Shown here: piece by piece, positions 17,195 through 28,701 of the stretch
Numbering within the stretch: position 1 is the stretch's first letter
How the letters are laid out: each line of letters starts with the position of its first letter
From: Malacoraja senta
Taxonomy: Eukaryota
DNA length: 64,000 bases
Direction: 5' to 3'
NCBI GenBank assembly: GCA_038087875.1
Contig: CM075992.1
Coordinates: 11,224,001-11,288,000, forward strand
Program-made: the position numbers and the translations under genes
Notes under the pieces: model-generated
What the model saw: only the letters and a program-made list of their open reading frames with translations
Told to the model about the DNA's origin: nothing
Database searches by the model: none

Positions 17195-18638
17195 ACATTC
17201 AGTCATTCTACACCTCCATCCCCCATCAGGAAGGCCTTAAAGCCCTCTGTATTATCCTCGACCGCAGAACCAACCAATTTCTCTCTACTAACACTCTACT
17301 CCACCTAGCAGGGCTGGTCCTCACCCTTAACAACTCCTCCTGCACCCATGCAGAACTCATGGATTTCAGCAACTTCACCACCAATTTCCCTCCTGCATTT
17401 AGAAGGATGAGGGGAATTTTATAGAAACATATAAAATTATAAAAGGAGTGGACAAGCTAGATGCAGGAAAAATGTTCCCAATATTGGGCGAGTCCAAAAC
17501 CAGGGGCCACAGTCTTAGAATAAAGGGGAGGTCATTTAAGACTGAGGTGAGAAAAAACGTTTTCACCCAGAGAGTTGTGAATTTATGGAATTCCCTGCCA
17601 CAGAGGGCAGTGGAGGCCACGTCACTGGATGGATTTAAGAGAGAGTTAGATAGAGATCTAGGGGCTAGTGTAGTCAAGGGATATGGGGAGAAGGCAGGCA
17701 CGGGTTATTGATAGGGGACGATCAGCCATAATCACAATGAATGGCGGTGCTGGCTCGAAGGGCCGAATGGCCTCCTCTTGCACCTAGTTTCTATGTTTCT
17801 ATGTTTCTAAATTCACTAGGACCATCACCGACACCTCCCTCCCCTTTCTTGATCTCATCATCTCCATCACAGGAAATAGACTATCGACTGATGTCTATTA
17901 GAAACCCACTGACTCCCACAACTATCTCGACTACACTTCTTCCCTCCCATTTTCCTGTAAAGACTCTATCCCCTACTCCCAATTCCTCCATCTACTCTGC
18001 ATCTGTGCCCAAGATGAGGTACCCCATTCTGGGATATCTGAGATGTCCTCATTCTTTAGGGAATGAAAGTTCCTCCCTCCATTATAGATGAAGCCTCCAC
18101 TCGTGTCTCCTTGGTACCTCGCAGCTCCACCCTTGCTCCCCCTCCCCCTAGTCGCAACAGAGTCCTCCTAGTCATTATTTTTCACCCCATCAGCCGTCGC
18201 CTACAACACATAATCCTTTGAAATTTTTGCCAACTCCAATGGGATCCTACACCAGTCACATATTCCCATCTCCACCCCTTTCCACCTTCCGCAGAGATCT
18301 TTCCCCCCGCAACTCCCTGGTTAACTCATCTCTTCTCACCCAAACCACCCCCTCCCCATGTACCTTCCCCTGCAACTGCAAAAGATGCAACACCTGTCCC
18401 TATATCTCCTCCCTTGACTCTGTCCAGGCACCCCGACAGTCCTTTCAGGTTACGCAGAGGTTCACGTGCATCTCCTCCAACCTCATCTACTGTATCCATT
18501 GTTCAAGATGTGAACTTTTATACATCGACGAGACCAAATGTAGACTGGGCGATCATTTCACTGAACCTACCTGAACTTCCGGTTGCTAAACATTTTAATT
18601 CCCCTTCCCATTCTCACACAGACCTTTCTGTCCGAGGT
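17195..18638 (+). mobile_element. Decayed Neptune/PLE (host of the hAT insertion; continues after the hAT right TIR)
   Basis: HIFPSPPLSTFRRD...CNCKRCNTC...FTCISSNLIYCIHCSRCELLYIDETK; sequence after the TSD (29247 on) encodes HVIFRLGSL. Copies ~31464-32907, ~45672-47115, ~60025-61123. Confidence 0.85.
17399..17809 (+). mobile_element. 5'-truncated CR1 3' end inserted in the decayed PLE
   Basis: TRGHSLRIKG...FTQRVVNLWNSLP...GYGEKAGTGY and (TTTCTATG)n tail; copies 31668-32078, 45876-46286; absent at the homologous site ~60293. Confidence 0.9.
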
Positions 18639-19059
18639 GGGAGAAACGCAGGGGGACGGCATTCCCCTACTTTTCAGTTTCTAGTTTATGTCTAATTACT
18701 GTACAAGATGGGAGTCAGAGTTGTTAAATACGTTTTTTTTTTAATGACCATGGATAGTCGTTACGAGTCTCCCTGCATCGGCCATGAGATAGAAACAATT
18801 TGTTAACCACCACTGTTAGCACTTGTAACAACCAGTAGTTAACATGTAGTTATACAATGTGTCATCAATACATCCATCCACATTCCTCAGTAAATGTAAT
18901 TTTGTTTTGACCATGTATTAATGACACCATGTTCCTTTGAATACAATTAATGGGGGGAATTTAATAAACTCACTGTCATTGCTCCGGACCGCGAGCACGG
19001 GCTTCTTCTGGTGTGGAGGTAGTCACGTTATTTTATTATTCCACGCTATTTTATTATTC

Positions 19060-19400
19060 TCTCACTCTCTCCCTCTCTCTCGCCCTCGTCCTCTCTCCCT
19101 CTTCCCCTCTCCCTCTCTCGCTGTGTCTCTGTCTTTCGCTCTCTCCTTCCCTCCATCTCTCGCTGTGTCTCTGTCATTCGCTCTCTCCTTCCCTCCCTCT
19201 CTCGCTGTCTCTGTATTTCACTCTCTCCTTCCCTCCCTCTCCTTCTCTCGCTGTATCTCTCTGTCGTTCGCTCTCTCCCTTTCTCCCTCTCTCACTGTGT
19301 CTCTCTGTCTTTTGCTCTCTCCTTCCCTCCATTTCTTGCTGTGTCTCTCTGTCTTTCGCTCTCTCCTTCCCCCCTCTCTCGCTGTGTCTCTCTGTCTTTC
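19060..19400. repeat. CT-rich minisatellite, ~42-bp unit
   Basis: CTCTCTCGCTGTGTCTCTGTCTTTCGCTCTCTCCTTCCCTCC-like unit with CG at 19119, 19161, 19203, 19249; copies ~33329-33669, ~47537-47877; shorter at ~61455-61637. Confidence 0.85.
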
Positions 19401-19784
19401 GCTGGAGTAACTCAGCGGGTCAGGCAGCATCTCTGCAGAGAAGGAATAGGTGACGTTTTGGGTTGAGACCCTTCTTTGGACCCCCCATAGATCCGGTCTG
19501 ACCTGCTGAGTTCCCCAGCACTTTATGTTTTGCTCTTAAAATAAATCCGTGGTCCGCTGAAGAAACAACACGTAGACCACTCTGGAAGTGCCAGTTTTGA
19601 TGTATACTTCATACTCTAGAACATATCATAATACTCCCAGAGTGATTTAATGGGGTTAGATTTTTTTTAATCTGTTGTCTAGAATTAACCGAAACCCACG
19701 CTATGAACCTTATATCAGATTTAAATCGTAATTACGATTTTTTTGTTTTCCTATTTGTCAATTTTTTTGCCCGATTAATGGCGG

Positions 19785-19884
19785 CCAATCAACCACTGTC
19801 TCTAAGGAGGTTGCGTCCAATCACCAATGAGCTTCCCTTAAAACCTTCCCGTCCAATCAACAAATCAGCCTCCTCCCGTCCAAT
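19785..19884 (+). promoter_or_regulatory. CCAAT-box cluster upstream of the hAT transposase (putative promoter)
   Basis: CCAAT at 19785, 19817, 19824, 19853, 19880, ~300-400 bp upstream of ATG 20173; motif evidence only. Confidence 0.4.
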
Positions 19885-21272
19885 CAGCCGCTGTCTCCAA
19901 GGGCATTACTTTTACTATTATCAGGCCCCAATAAGAAACTGCATTTTCAGATTAATTGTTTCAGTTACATTAGAATGGATGGGGAGAAAATTAAATAAGT
20001 AGTACCAATAGTTTTTCCAGCCTAAATCGGGAGTGGTGAATTTTATTGTGAGTAGTTTTATTTAGCAAAACAGTAGTGCAAGCGGAAATATTTTATTATA
20101 TATCACCATCAAATTTTATTATATATCACTATCAAATATCTATAAATTTCAGATTTGTGTACCCCTGTGAAAATGAGCATACTGAGATACTTTAAAAGGC
20201 AGCGTCTTCGGATCGATGAAGAAATAAATGATAATGAAGACATTCAGCCAGAAAGAAGGCAAAATTACTTGAAAATGATAATGGAACTAATGCAGCTGTT
20301 TCGCCTGATGCTGCAGGTGAAGACATTTCAAAGATATTGAAAAATGTGATCTTCCAGACTGTTGGACACAAGAAATGTACTTAAACAAAAAGAAAGAATA
20401 TCCCTGGCTAATTGTTAAAAACAGAAAACTAGGATGTAGTGTATGTAGCAAGTGTGGTCATCTTGGACTTGAACGATCATAAGGAATTCATTTGTCTCGT
20501 GAGTGGTGCAGTGTTAATGTAGTAGGAGTGAGTGATGACAAAGCAAAACAGTTAATGAGTTTAAGAAAAATGATTGTTAAGCACAAAAATAGTGAAGCTC
20601 ATACCAGATGCTAAAAAATCAATGAAAGCTGAAAAAAAAGCAAACGTAAATGTAGTGTATATGTCACTGAAAAAGGACGAAGCAAAAACAGGTCGAGTTT
20701 TTAGAACTGTTTTTAATATTGTACACAAAGGTAGGCCATACACAGATATGTCTTCTGATATTGAACTGCAAGAAAGAAAACGGCTACACTCTCGTAAGTC
20801 ATGTGCAGATGTTTCTCACCACATAGGGAACCAGATGCGAAAGACAGTGGTGGAAAATATAATTTCAAAACAATCTAAAATGTCTATTATGATTGATGAA
20901 TTTACTACTATTAATGGGAAAACTGTTCTAGTAGTCTGCTTGAGAGCAGCAGTTGTTGAATCTTCCCAAACTATATCATTCTATTTTGACTTAGAACATA
21001 TGAAACGGTACAAATGCAAAATCTATATATGATGGGCTTCTAAGGTGCTTACAAAGAGGTGGCTTTTAAAAGAAAATGTGATATCACTTGTAACTGATGT
21101 TGCATCAGTAATGTTAGGACGAAATGCAGGGGTTACAAAACTATTTCTTGATGATTTCCCTAATGCAACTGTTTGGCACTGTGCCAGTCACAGGCTTGAA
21201 CTCAGTGGAGGTGATGCTATAAGTGAAGTTGCAGGTTTGAATCATTTTTGATATTTTGTGATAAATTGTATT

Positions 21273-21373
21273 CATAGAAACATAGAAACATAGAAAATAG
21301 GTGCAGGAGGAAGCCATTCGGCCCTTCGAGCCAGCACCACCATTCATTGTGATCATGGCTGATCGTCCCCTGA
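21273..21373 (-). mobile_element. Short antisense CR1 3' end in the transposase
   Basis: (CATAGAAA)n tail and CCATTCGGCCC stem; TATTC duplicated at the flanks; removal restores DKLYSLYHRSPKN. Copies ~35542-35642, ~49746-49846. Confidence 0.85.
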
Positions 21374-21966
21374 TATTCCTTATATCATAGGTCTCCTAAA
21401 AATCAGGATGAGTTAACTGCATGCGTTGAGGCTCTTCACTGTCAACTGTTGAAAATTGGTCGTGTTTTCAGTGTGAGATGGGTTGCTTCGTCTTACCGAA
21501 CTGTAAAGTTTATGTGGCCATCTTATGAAGCTATTTGGAAGCATTTTGGAAAAGCAAGCTGTGATACTTCAAGATCTAGTGCAGAGAGAGCAACGTACGA
21601 GGGGCTGAAAAAAGTATTAGAATCATCAGCTTTCGTAAATAATTTGGGCTTGTTGATGGACAGTTTGCTAGAGTTGTCTGAACTGTCACTTGAACTGCAG
21701 AACCAAAATTGTACACTTAGTAAAGCACATGAGGAAATTAAACAAACTATCAAGGTCCTTGAATGTCAAATAGAGAAGACAGGAAAATATTATACTCAAG
21801 TGGAGAAAACAACAAGCCAGATGATATTTAACAGAATAAATTTGAGAGCTGGTTAAATACCTACTATACATAGACAACAGTTTTTGAGGAGTTTGGTCAA
21901 TAATATGGAATACAGGCTGCTTGAATCTACAACAGCTTCCAATGATAAATGTAAAAAGTTAATTAA

Positions 21967-22868
21967 CATAGAAACATAGAAAATAGGTGCAGGAGGAGGC
22001 CATTCGGCCATTCGAGCCAGCAGCGCCATTCATTGTGATCATAGCTGATCGTCCCTAATCAATAACCCGTGCCTGCCTTCTCCCCATATCCCTTGATTCC
22101 ACCAGCCCCCGAGAGCTCTATCTAACTCTCTCTTAAATCCATCCAGTGATTTGGCCTCCACTGCACTCTGTGGCAGGGAATTCCACAAATTCACAACTCT
22201 CTGGGTGAAAACGTTTTTTCTCACCTCAGTCTTAAATGGCCTCCCCTTTATTCTAAGACTGTGGCCCCTGGTTCTGGACTCACCCAACATTGGGAACATT
22301 TTTCCTGCATCTAGCTTGTCCAGTCCTTTTATAATGTTATATGTTTCTATAAGATACCCCCTCATCCTTCTAAACTCCAATGAATACAAGCCTAGTCTAT
22401 TCAATCTTTCCTCATATGAGAGTCCCACCATCCCAGGGATCAATCTCGTGAACCTACGCTGCACTGCCTCAATCACAAGGATTAGGAGACCAAAACTGTA
22501 CACAATACTCCAGATGTGGTCTTACAAGCGCCCTATAAAACTGCAGAAGAACCTCTCTACCCCTTAACTGAAATCCTCTTGTTATGAAGTCCAAAATTCC
22601 ATTAGCTTTCTTCACTGCCTGCTGTACCTGCACGCCAACTTCCAGTGACCAGTGTACAAGGACACCTAGGTCTCGCTGAACTTCCCCCTTACCTAACCTA
22701 ACCGCCTTGAGGTAATAATCTGCCCCCTTATTATTGCCACCAAAGTGGATAACCTCACATTTATCTATATTATACTGCATCTGTCACGCATCTGCCCACT
22801 CACTCAAACTGTCCAGGTCACCCTGCAACCTCCTAACATCCTCTTCACAGTTCACACTGCCACCCAGC
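21967..22868 (-). mobile_element. Antisense 5'-truncated CR1 in the transposase
   Basis: ORFs 22469-22780 and 22039-22503 ([21 protein letters not shown]); CATAGAAA tail. Copies 36236-37137 and ~50440-51341. Confidence 0.92.
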
Positions 22869-23006
22869 CAAAAACAAGTCAAAATATTTAAATATTAACA
22901 ATATTCCAGAAGATTCACTTTTAACCTTTGGGGATAATGATGTAGAAGAAATTGCAGAACAATTTGGCTTAAATGGTCTGCTTTGTATCGGGACCTTCAC
23001 AGAATT

Positions 23007-23352
23007 GAACAAAGAGAAGCAGGAGAAAACACTGATTGGCTCTAGCACGAGTGGGAGGAGAGTTAGAAGTGAGTCAGAGGGGGAAAACAGTTTAAAACTG
23101 AGGAATTTAGTTTGTAAATTGGTAAATTAGGCAATTTATCCGTGAATATAAGCAGGACGGCTCTTAGGGAGCAGCCTTGTGAATGAAGTGCCTTGTGAAT
23201 GAAGTGCCTTGTGATGGAAATGCCTTGTGAGGGAAGTGCGAGTCTTTGGCTCGAGAGTCTTCGGCGAGGAGGCTGAGGAGGCTACGCAAAACGCTGGAGA
23301 GGGAGAGACGAAAGAAGGAGATGTCAAGCAAACTGATTCAGTGTGATGCTTG
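23007..23352 (+). mobile_element. CR1 5' UTR plus first ORF1 codons, within the left duplicate flanking the L1 fragment
   Basis: Same as 25027-25356; four 16-bp GCCTTGTGA... repeats here versus three there. Confidence 0.88.
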
Positions 23353-24567
23353 GTGACTTGTATGAAACTGGAAAATTACTTTCATTTCAACAATTACAAA
23401 TAAAATATAAACTCGGAAATAATCAATATTTTAAATATTTTCAAATATGCGACTATTTGAAAAAATATACAAAAGATCATTATAATAACCCAGTAGATGT
23501 ATTGGACGAGGCAATGCAGATAAAAGCGGAATCAGCAAACTTAATATCATATTTGTATAATATTATCTTAAATGTACAAATACCATCTACGGAGGGTATC
23601 AGAAGAGACTGGGAACAAGAGTTAGCTATTAAAATTTCAAAGGAAATTTGGAATGAATACTTATTAAACGTGCATAAATGCTCGATTAATGTAAGACACA
23701 CTTTAATACAATTTAAAATTTTACATAGATTATATTATTCGAAAACTAATATTCATAAAATTTTCCCAAATGTATCATCTATTTGTGATAAATGTCAATC
23801 CCAAGAAGCTACTATAGCGCACTCATTCGTTTTCTGTACAAAAATTCAAAAATTTTGGAATGAAATTTTTAAATCTTTACAAAGTTATTTAAAACAAGAC
23901 TGATACCCAAAGCAGAATGGATTATCTTCGGTATAACGGAAGATGGTCCAGAACTAAATGTGTTTCAAAAGAAACTAATGGACTATGGGTTAATAACTGG
24001 AAAAAAGCTAATTCTAAAATTTTGGAAGAAGGCTCCAATACCAACTATAAATATGTGGATTTCAAATATGTTTGAAACATTACACCTAGAAGAGATAAGA
24101 CTCCTCCTAGCAGGTAAACCAGATCACTTCCACCTGACGTGGTCTGCATTTATAGAATTATTACAAACATAGGGTGCAAAAGTACTTTAAAAAAAAAAAT
24201 TGAGGTCAGGTAAGGGGGGATGATAGTTGAAGAGTTGGTATGTCCCATTTACGTAATGCTCATAAAAATATTTGTTTCTCTCTTTTTCCTCTTTCTCTTT
24301 TTCTTTCTCTCTTAGTGTCTATTTCTTAACTCTTTTTCTTTTGTTTTTAATTTTGCTCTTATAGGGTCTTCATCCTTTTTGGTTGTCACATTTCCTACAC
24401 TTTCACATTTTCCTTCACTTTCTTCTTTCTTTCAATCTTTTCCTTTTCTAGTGTAAAAAATAAATGGAGTACATTAATTGTAAGAAGATATAAATGACGA
24501 GTACTAATGTATGTGGTTGTAATGTAATGTACTTCTAATAAATAAAAATTAAAAAAAATTTAAAAAA
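23353..24567 (+). mobile_element. 5'-truncated L1-clade LINE (ORF2 C-terminus, 3' UTR, poly-A)
   Basis: SFQQLQIKY, YFQI, WEQEL, QFKILHRLYY, CDKC...HSFVFC (CCHC); AT-rich, T-rich 3' UTR, AATAAA and A tail. Confidence 0.88.
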
Positions 24568-25026
24568 AAGAACCTCTCTACCCCTTAACTGAAATCCTCT
24601 TGTTATGAAGTCCAAAATTCCATTAGCTTTCTTCACTGCCTGCTGTACCTGCACGCCAACTTTCAGTGACCAGTGTACAAGGACACCCAGGTCTCGCTGT
24701 ACCTCCCCCTTACCTAACCTAACCGCCTTGAGGTAATAATCTGCCCCTTGTTGTTGCCACCAAAGTGGATAACCTCACATTTATCTATATTATGCTGCAT
24801 CTGTCACGCATCTGCCCACTCACTCAAACTGTCCAGGTCACCCTGCAACCTCCTAACATCCTCTTCACAGTTCACACTGCCACCCAGCCAAAAACAAGTC
24901 AAAATATTTAGATATTAACAATATTCCAGAAGATTCACTTTTAACCTTTGGGGATAATGATGTAGAAGAAATTGCAGAACAATTTGGCTTAAATGGTCTG
25001 CTTTGTATCAGGACCTTCAGAGAATT

Positions 25027-28000
25027 GAACAAAGAGAAGCAGGAGAAAGCACTGATTGGCTCTAGCCCGAGTGGGAGGAGAGTTAGAAGTGAGTCAGAGG
25101 GGGAAAACAGTTTAAAACTGTGGAATTTAGTTTGTAAATTGGTAAATTAGGCAATTTATCAGTCAATATAAGTAGGACGGCTCTTAGGGAGCAGCCTTGT
25201 GAATGAAGTGCCTTGTGAGGGAAGTGTCTTGTGAGGGAAGTGCGAGTCTTTGGCTCGAGAGTCTTCGGCGAGGAGGCTGAGGAGGCTACGCAAAATGCTG
25301 GAGAGGGAGAGACGAAAGAAGGAGATGTCAAGCAAACTGATTCAGTGTGATGCTTGCAGTATGTGGGAGATTATGGACACTGCTGGTGCCTCTGGCTGCT
25401 ACAAATGTGAGAAGTGCATCCAGGTACAGCTCCTGAAGGACCATGTTGGGGAACTGGAGAAGCAAGTGGATGACCTCAGGTTCATCCGAGAAACTGAGTC
25501 GTTCCTTGACAAGTCCTATAGTAAGATTGTTACACCTAAGGTACTGGAAGAGAGAAGGTGGGTGACGGTGAGAAAGGGAGGGAAACATGGAATGCAAAGG
25601 TCCCCGGGTGTTGTACCTCTTGTGAACAGGTTCACCCACTTAGAAGCTGTCGGGACAGAAGATGTTATCACACTGAGCGGTGGACTGGCTTGCGAAGCAA
25701 AAAGGGCTTTGGAGCCAAAACCAAAGAGGCCAACGTCAGGCAACGCCATTGTAGTTGGAGACTCCGTTGTGGGAGGTACGGACAGGGGTTTCTGCGGCAA
25801 CAGATGGGATTCGAGGATGGTGCGCTGCCTCTCTGGTGCCAGGATCCAGGAGGTCACGGACAGAGTGCAGAAAATCCTCAAGGGCGAAGGTGAACAGCCG
25901 GAAGTGGTAATGCATGTCGGCACAAACGATGTCGGAAAGAAGGGGATGAATATTCTGCAGCGTGACTTTAGAGAGCTCGGAAAAAAGCTGAAAAGCAGGA
26001 CCTCCAGGGTTGTTATCTCCGGTTTGCTTCCAGTTCCTCGTGCTGGCAAGAGCAGGAACAGGGAGATACGGGACCTGAATGTGTGGCTGAGGAACTGGTG
26101 CAGGGGGCAGGGATTGAGATTCTTAGATCACTGGGATCTGTTTTGGAGTAAGGGGGAACTGTACAACAGGGACGGTACCAGCATTCTGGCAGGTAGGTTT
26201 GCCACTGCTGCACGGGTGGTTTTAAACTGAATAAGGGGGGTGGGGTGTCAAATTGGATAGTCGAGGACGGAGTTAAAGGAAAAGAGAGTAAAGGGATGGT
26301 TAATGACCCCAGAATTAACAGGAAAGGAAGCTCACAAAGGGATAGGAGAGTATGGCCAAGTGTAATAGGGATCGATGTGAAAGGTGAGATGCGTAAGGAA
26401 TTAAAAGTATTGTATTTGAATGCACAAAGTATAAGGGGTAAAGTAGATGAGCTTGAGGCTCAGTTAGAGGTTGGTAGATATGACATTGTGGGGATTACTG
26501 AGACGTGGCTGCAGGAGGATCGGGCCTGGGAACTTAATATTCAGGGTTATACATCCTATAGAAAGGACATGCAGGTGTGCAGAGGAGGGGGGTAGCTCTG
26601 CTGGTGAGGGATGGAATTCAGTCCCTTGCGAGGGAAGACATAGGGACTGACGAGGTAGAGTCACTTTGGATTGAGTTGAGGAATTGTAAAGGCAAGACGA
26701 CACTAATTGGTGTTATCTACAGACCCCCAAATAGTAGCCCGGATGTAGGGTGTAAGTTGCAGCAGGAGTTAAAACTGGCATGTAACAAAGGTAATGCCAC
26801 AGTGGTGATGGGGGATTTCAATATGCAGGTAGACTGGGAAAATCAGGTTGGTTCAGGACCCCAAGAAAGTGAGTTTGTAGAATGCCTCCGAGATGGATTC
26901 TTAGAGCAGCTTGTAATGGAGCCGACCGGAGAAAAGGCAATTCTGGATTTAGTGTTGTCCAATGAACCAGATATGATAAGAGAACTCGAGGTAAAGGAAC
27001 CACTTGGAGGTAGTGATCATAATATGATTAGTTTTAATCTGCAATTTGAGAAGGAGAAGGTTAAATCGGAAGTTTCAGTGATGCAGTTGAACAAAGGGGA
27101 CTATGAAGACATGAGAGGGGAGCTGGCCAAGGTAGACTGGAAAGGGATCCTAGCAGGAATGACGGTGGAACAGCAATGGCAGGAATTTCTGGGCATAATC
27201 CGGAAGACGCAGAATCATTTCATTCCAAAAGGGAAGAAAGATTCTAAGGGGAGTAGGAGGCAACCGTGGCTGACAAGAGAAGTTAGGGATAGAATAAAAC
27301 TAAAAGAAAAGGATTGGGAAACTTTCATAGGACAACAGAAGGAAACAAAACGGGCAATACGGGCTGAAAAGATGAAGTACGAAGGGAAGCTGGCCAGGAA
27401 TATAAAGGACAGTAAAAGCTTCTTTAGATATGTTAAGGGAAAAAGAGTAGCAAAGTCAAATGTGGGTCCCTTGAAGGCAGACACGGGTGAAATTATTATG
27501 GGCAACAAGGAAATGGCAGAAGAGTTGAACAGGTACTTCGGATCTGTCTTCACTAAGGAAGACACAAACAATCTCCCAGATGTACTGGTGGACAGAGGAT
27601 CTAAGGGGGTAGAGGAACTGAAAGAAATTTTCATTAGGCGAGAAATAGTATTGGGTTGGCTAATGGGACTGAAGAATGATAAATCCCCTGGGCCTGATGG
27701 TCTTCATCCCAGAGTCCTCAGGGAGGCGGCTCTAGAAATAGTGGACGCATTGGTGATCATTTTCCAATGTTCAATAGATTCAGGATCAGTTCCTGTGGAT
27801 TGTAGGATAGCTAATGTTATCCCACTTTTCAGGAAAGGAGGGAGAAAACGGGGAATTACAGACCAGTTAGCCTGACTTCGGTGGTGGGAAAGATGCTGGA
27901 GTCAATTATTAAAGAGGTAATAATGGGGCATTTGGATAGCAGTTAAAGGATTAGTCAAGTCAACATGGATTTATGAAAGGGAATTCATGCTTGACTAATC

Positions 28001-28701
28001 TTCTGCAATTTTTTGAGGATGTGACAAGTAAAATGGATGAAGGGGTGCCAGTGGATGTAGTGTATCTAGACTTTCAGAAAGCCTTTGGTAAGTTCCCGCA
28101 TGGGACACTGGTGACTAAAATTAGGCCACATGGTATTGGGGGTGTTGACATGGATAGAAAATTGGTTGGCAGACCGGAAGCAAAGAGTAGGAGTGAAGGG
28201 GTCCTTTTCAGAATGGCAGGCAGTGGTGAGTGGAGTGCCGCAAGGCTCGGTGTTGGGGCTGCAACTGTTTACCATATTTATTAATGATTTGGAAGAGGGA
28301 ATTAGGAGCAACACTAGCACGTTTGTGGATGACTCAAAGCTGGGTGGCAGTGTGAACTGTGAAGAGGATGTTAGGAGGTTGAAGGGTGACCTGGACAGGT
28401 TGAGTGGGCAGATGCGTGGCAGATGCAGTATAATATAGATAAATGTGAGGTTATCTTTTTCACCCAGAGAGTTGTGAATTTATTAAATTCCCTGCCACAG
28501 AGGGCAGTGGAGGCCAACTCACTGAATGGATTTAAGAGAGAGTTACATAGAGCTCTAGGGGCTAGTGGAGTCGAGGGATATGGGGAGAAGGCAGGCACGG
28601 GTTATTGATTGGGGACGATCAGTCATGATCACAATGAATGGCGGTGCTGGCTCGAAGGGCCGAATGGCCTCCTCCTGCACCTATTTTCTATGTTTCTATG
28701 T
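25027..28701 (+). mobile_element. Near full-length defective CR1 (second subfamily) in the transposase, unit 1
   Basis: AATT duplicated at 25023-25026 and 28702-28705; ORF1 25325-26230 lacks GLHLNMC; ORF2 frameshifted with an internal deletion at ~28455 (GAGGTTATC|TTTTTCACCCAG); TTTCTATG tail. Confidence 0.93.
25325..26230 (+). CDS. CR1 ORF1p, open but missing the DxxH esterase histidine
   Basis: Aligns with 6950-7876 except RDGLHLNMCGTT is reduced to RDGTS; copies 39594-40499 and 53770-54675. Confidence 0.8.
   Translation: MSSKLIQCDACSMWEIMDTAGASGCYKCEKCIQVQLLKDHVGELEKQVDDLRFIRETESFLDKSYSKIVTPKVLEERRWVTVRKGGKHGMQRSPGVVPLVNRFTHLEAVGTEDVITLSGGLACEAKRALEPKPKRPTSGNAIVVGDSVVGGTDRGFCGNRWDSRMVRCLSGARIQEVTDRVQKILKGEGEQPEVVMHVGTNDVGKKGMNILQRDFRELGKKLKSRTSRVVISGLLPVPRAGKSRNREIRDLNVWLRNWCRGQGLRFLDHWDLFWSKGELYNRDGTSILAGRFATAARVVLN

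Noticed and set aside
18937..19453. Leu/Ser-rich ORFs resembling membrane proteins
   Set aside because: Translations of the CT minisatellite; frames differ among units.
19395..19525. Additional hammerhead in the antisense PLE terminal fragment
   Set aside because: Core is degenerate: GAAAC is changed to AAAAC and the CUGA box is missing.
23174..23240. 16-bp repeats as CRISPR-like array
   Set aside because: Contiguous tandem repeats with no spacers, in a eukaryotic LINE 5' UTR.
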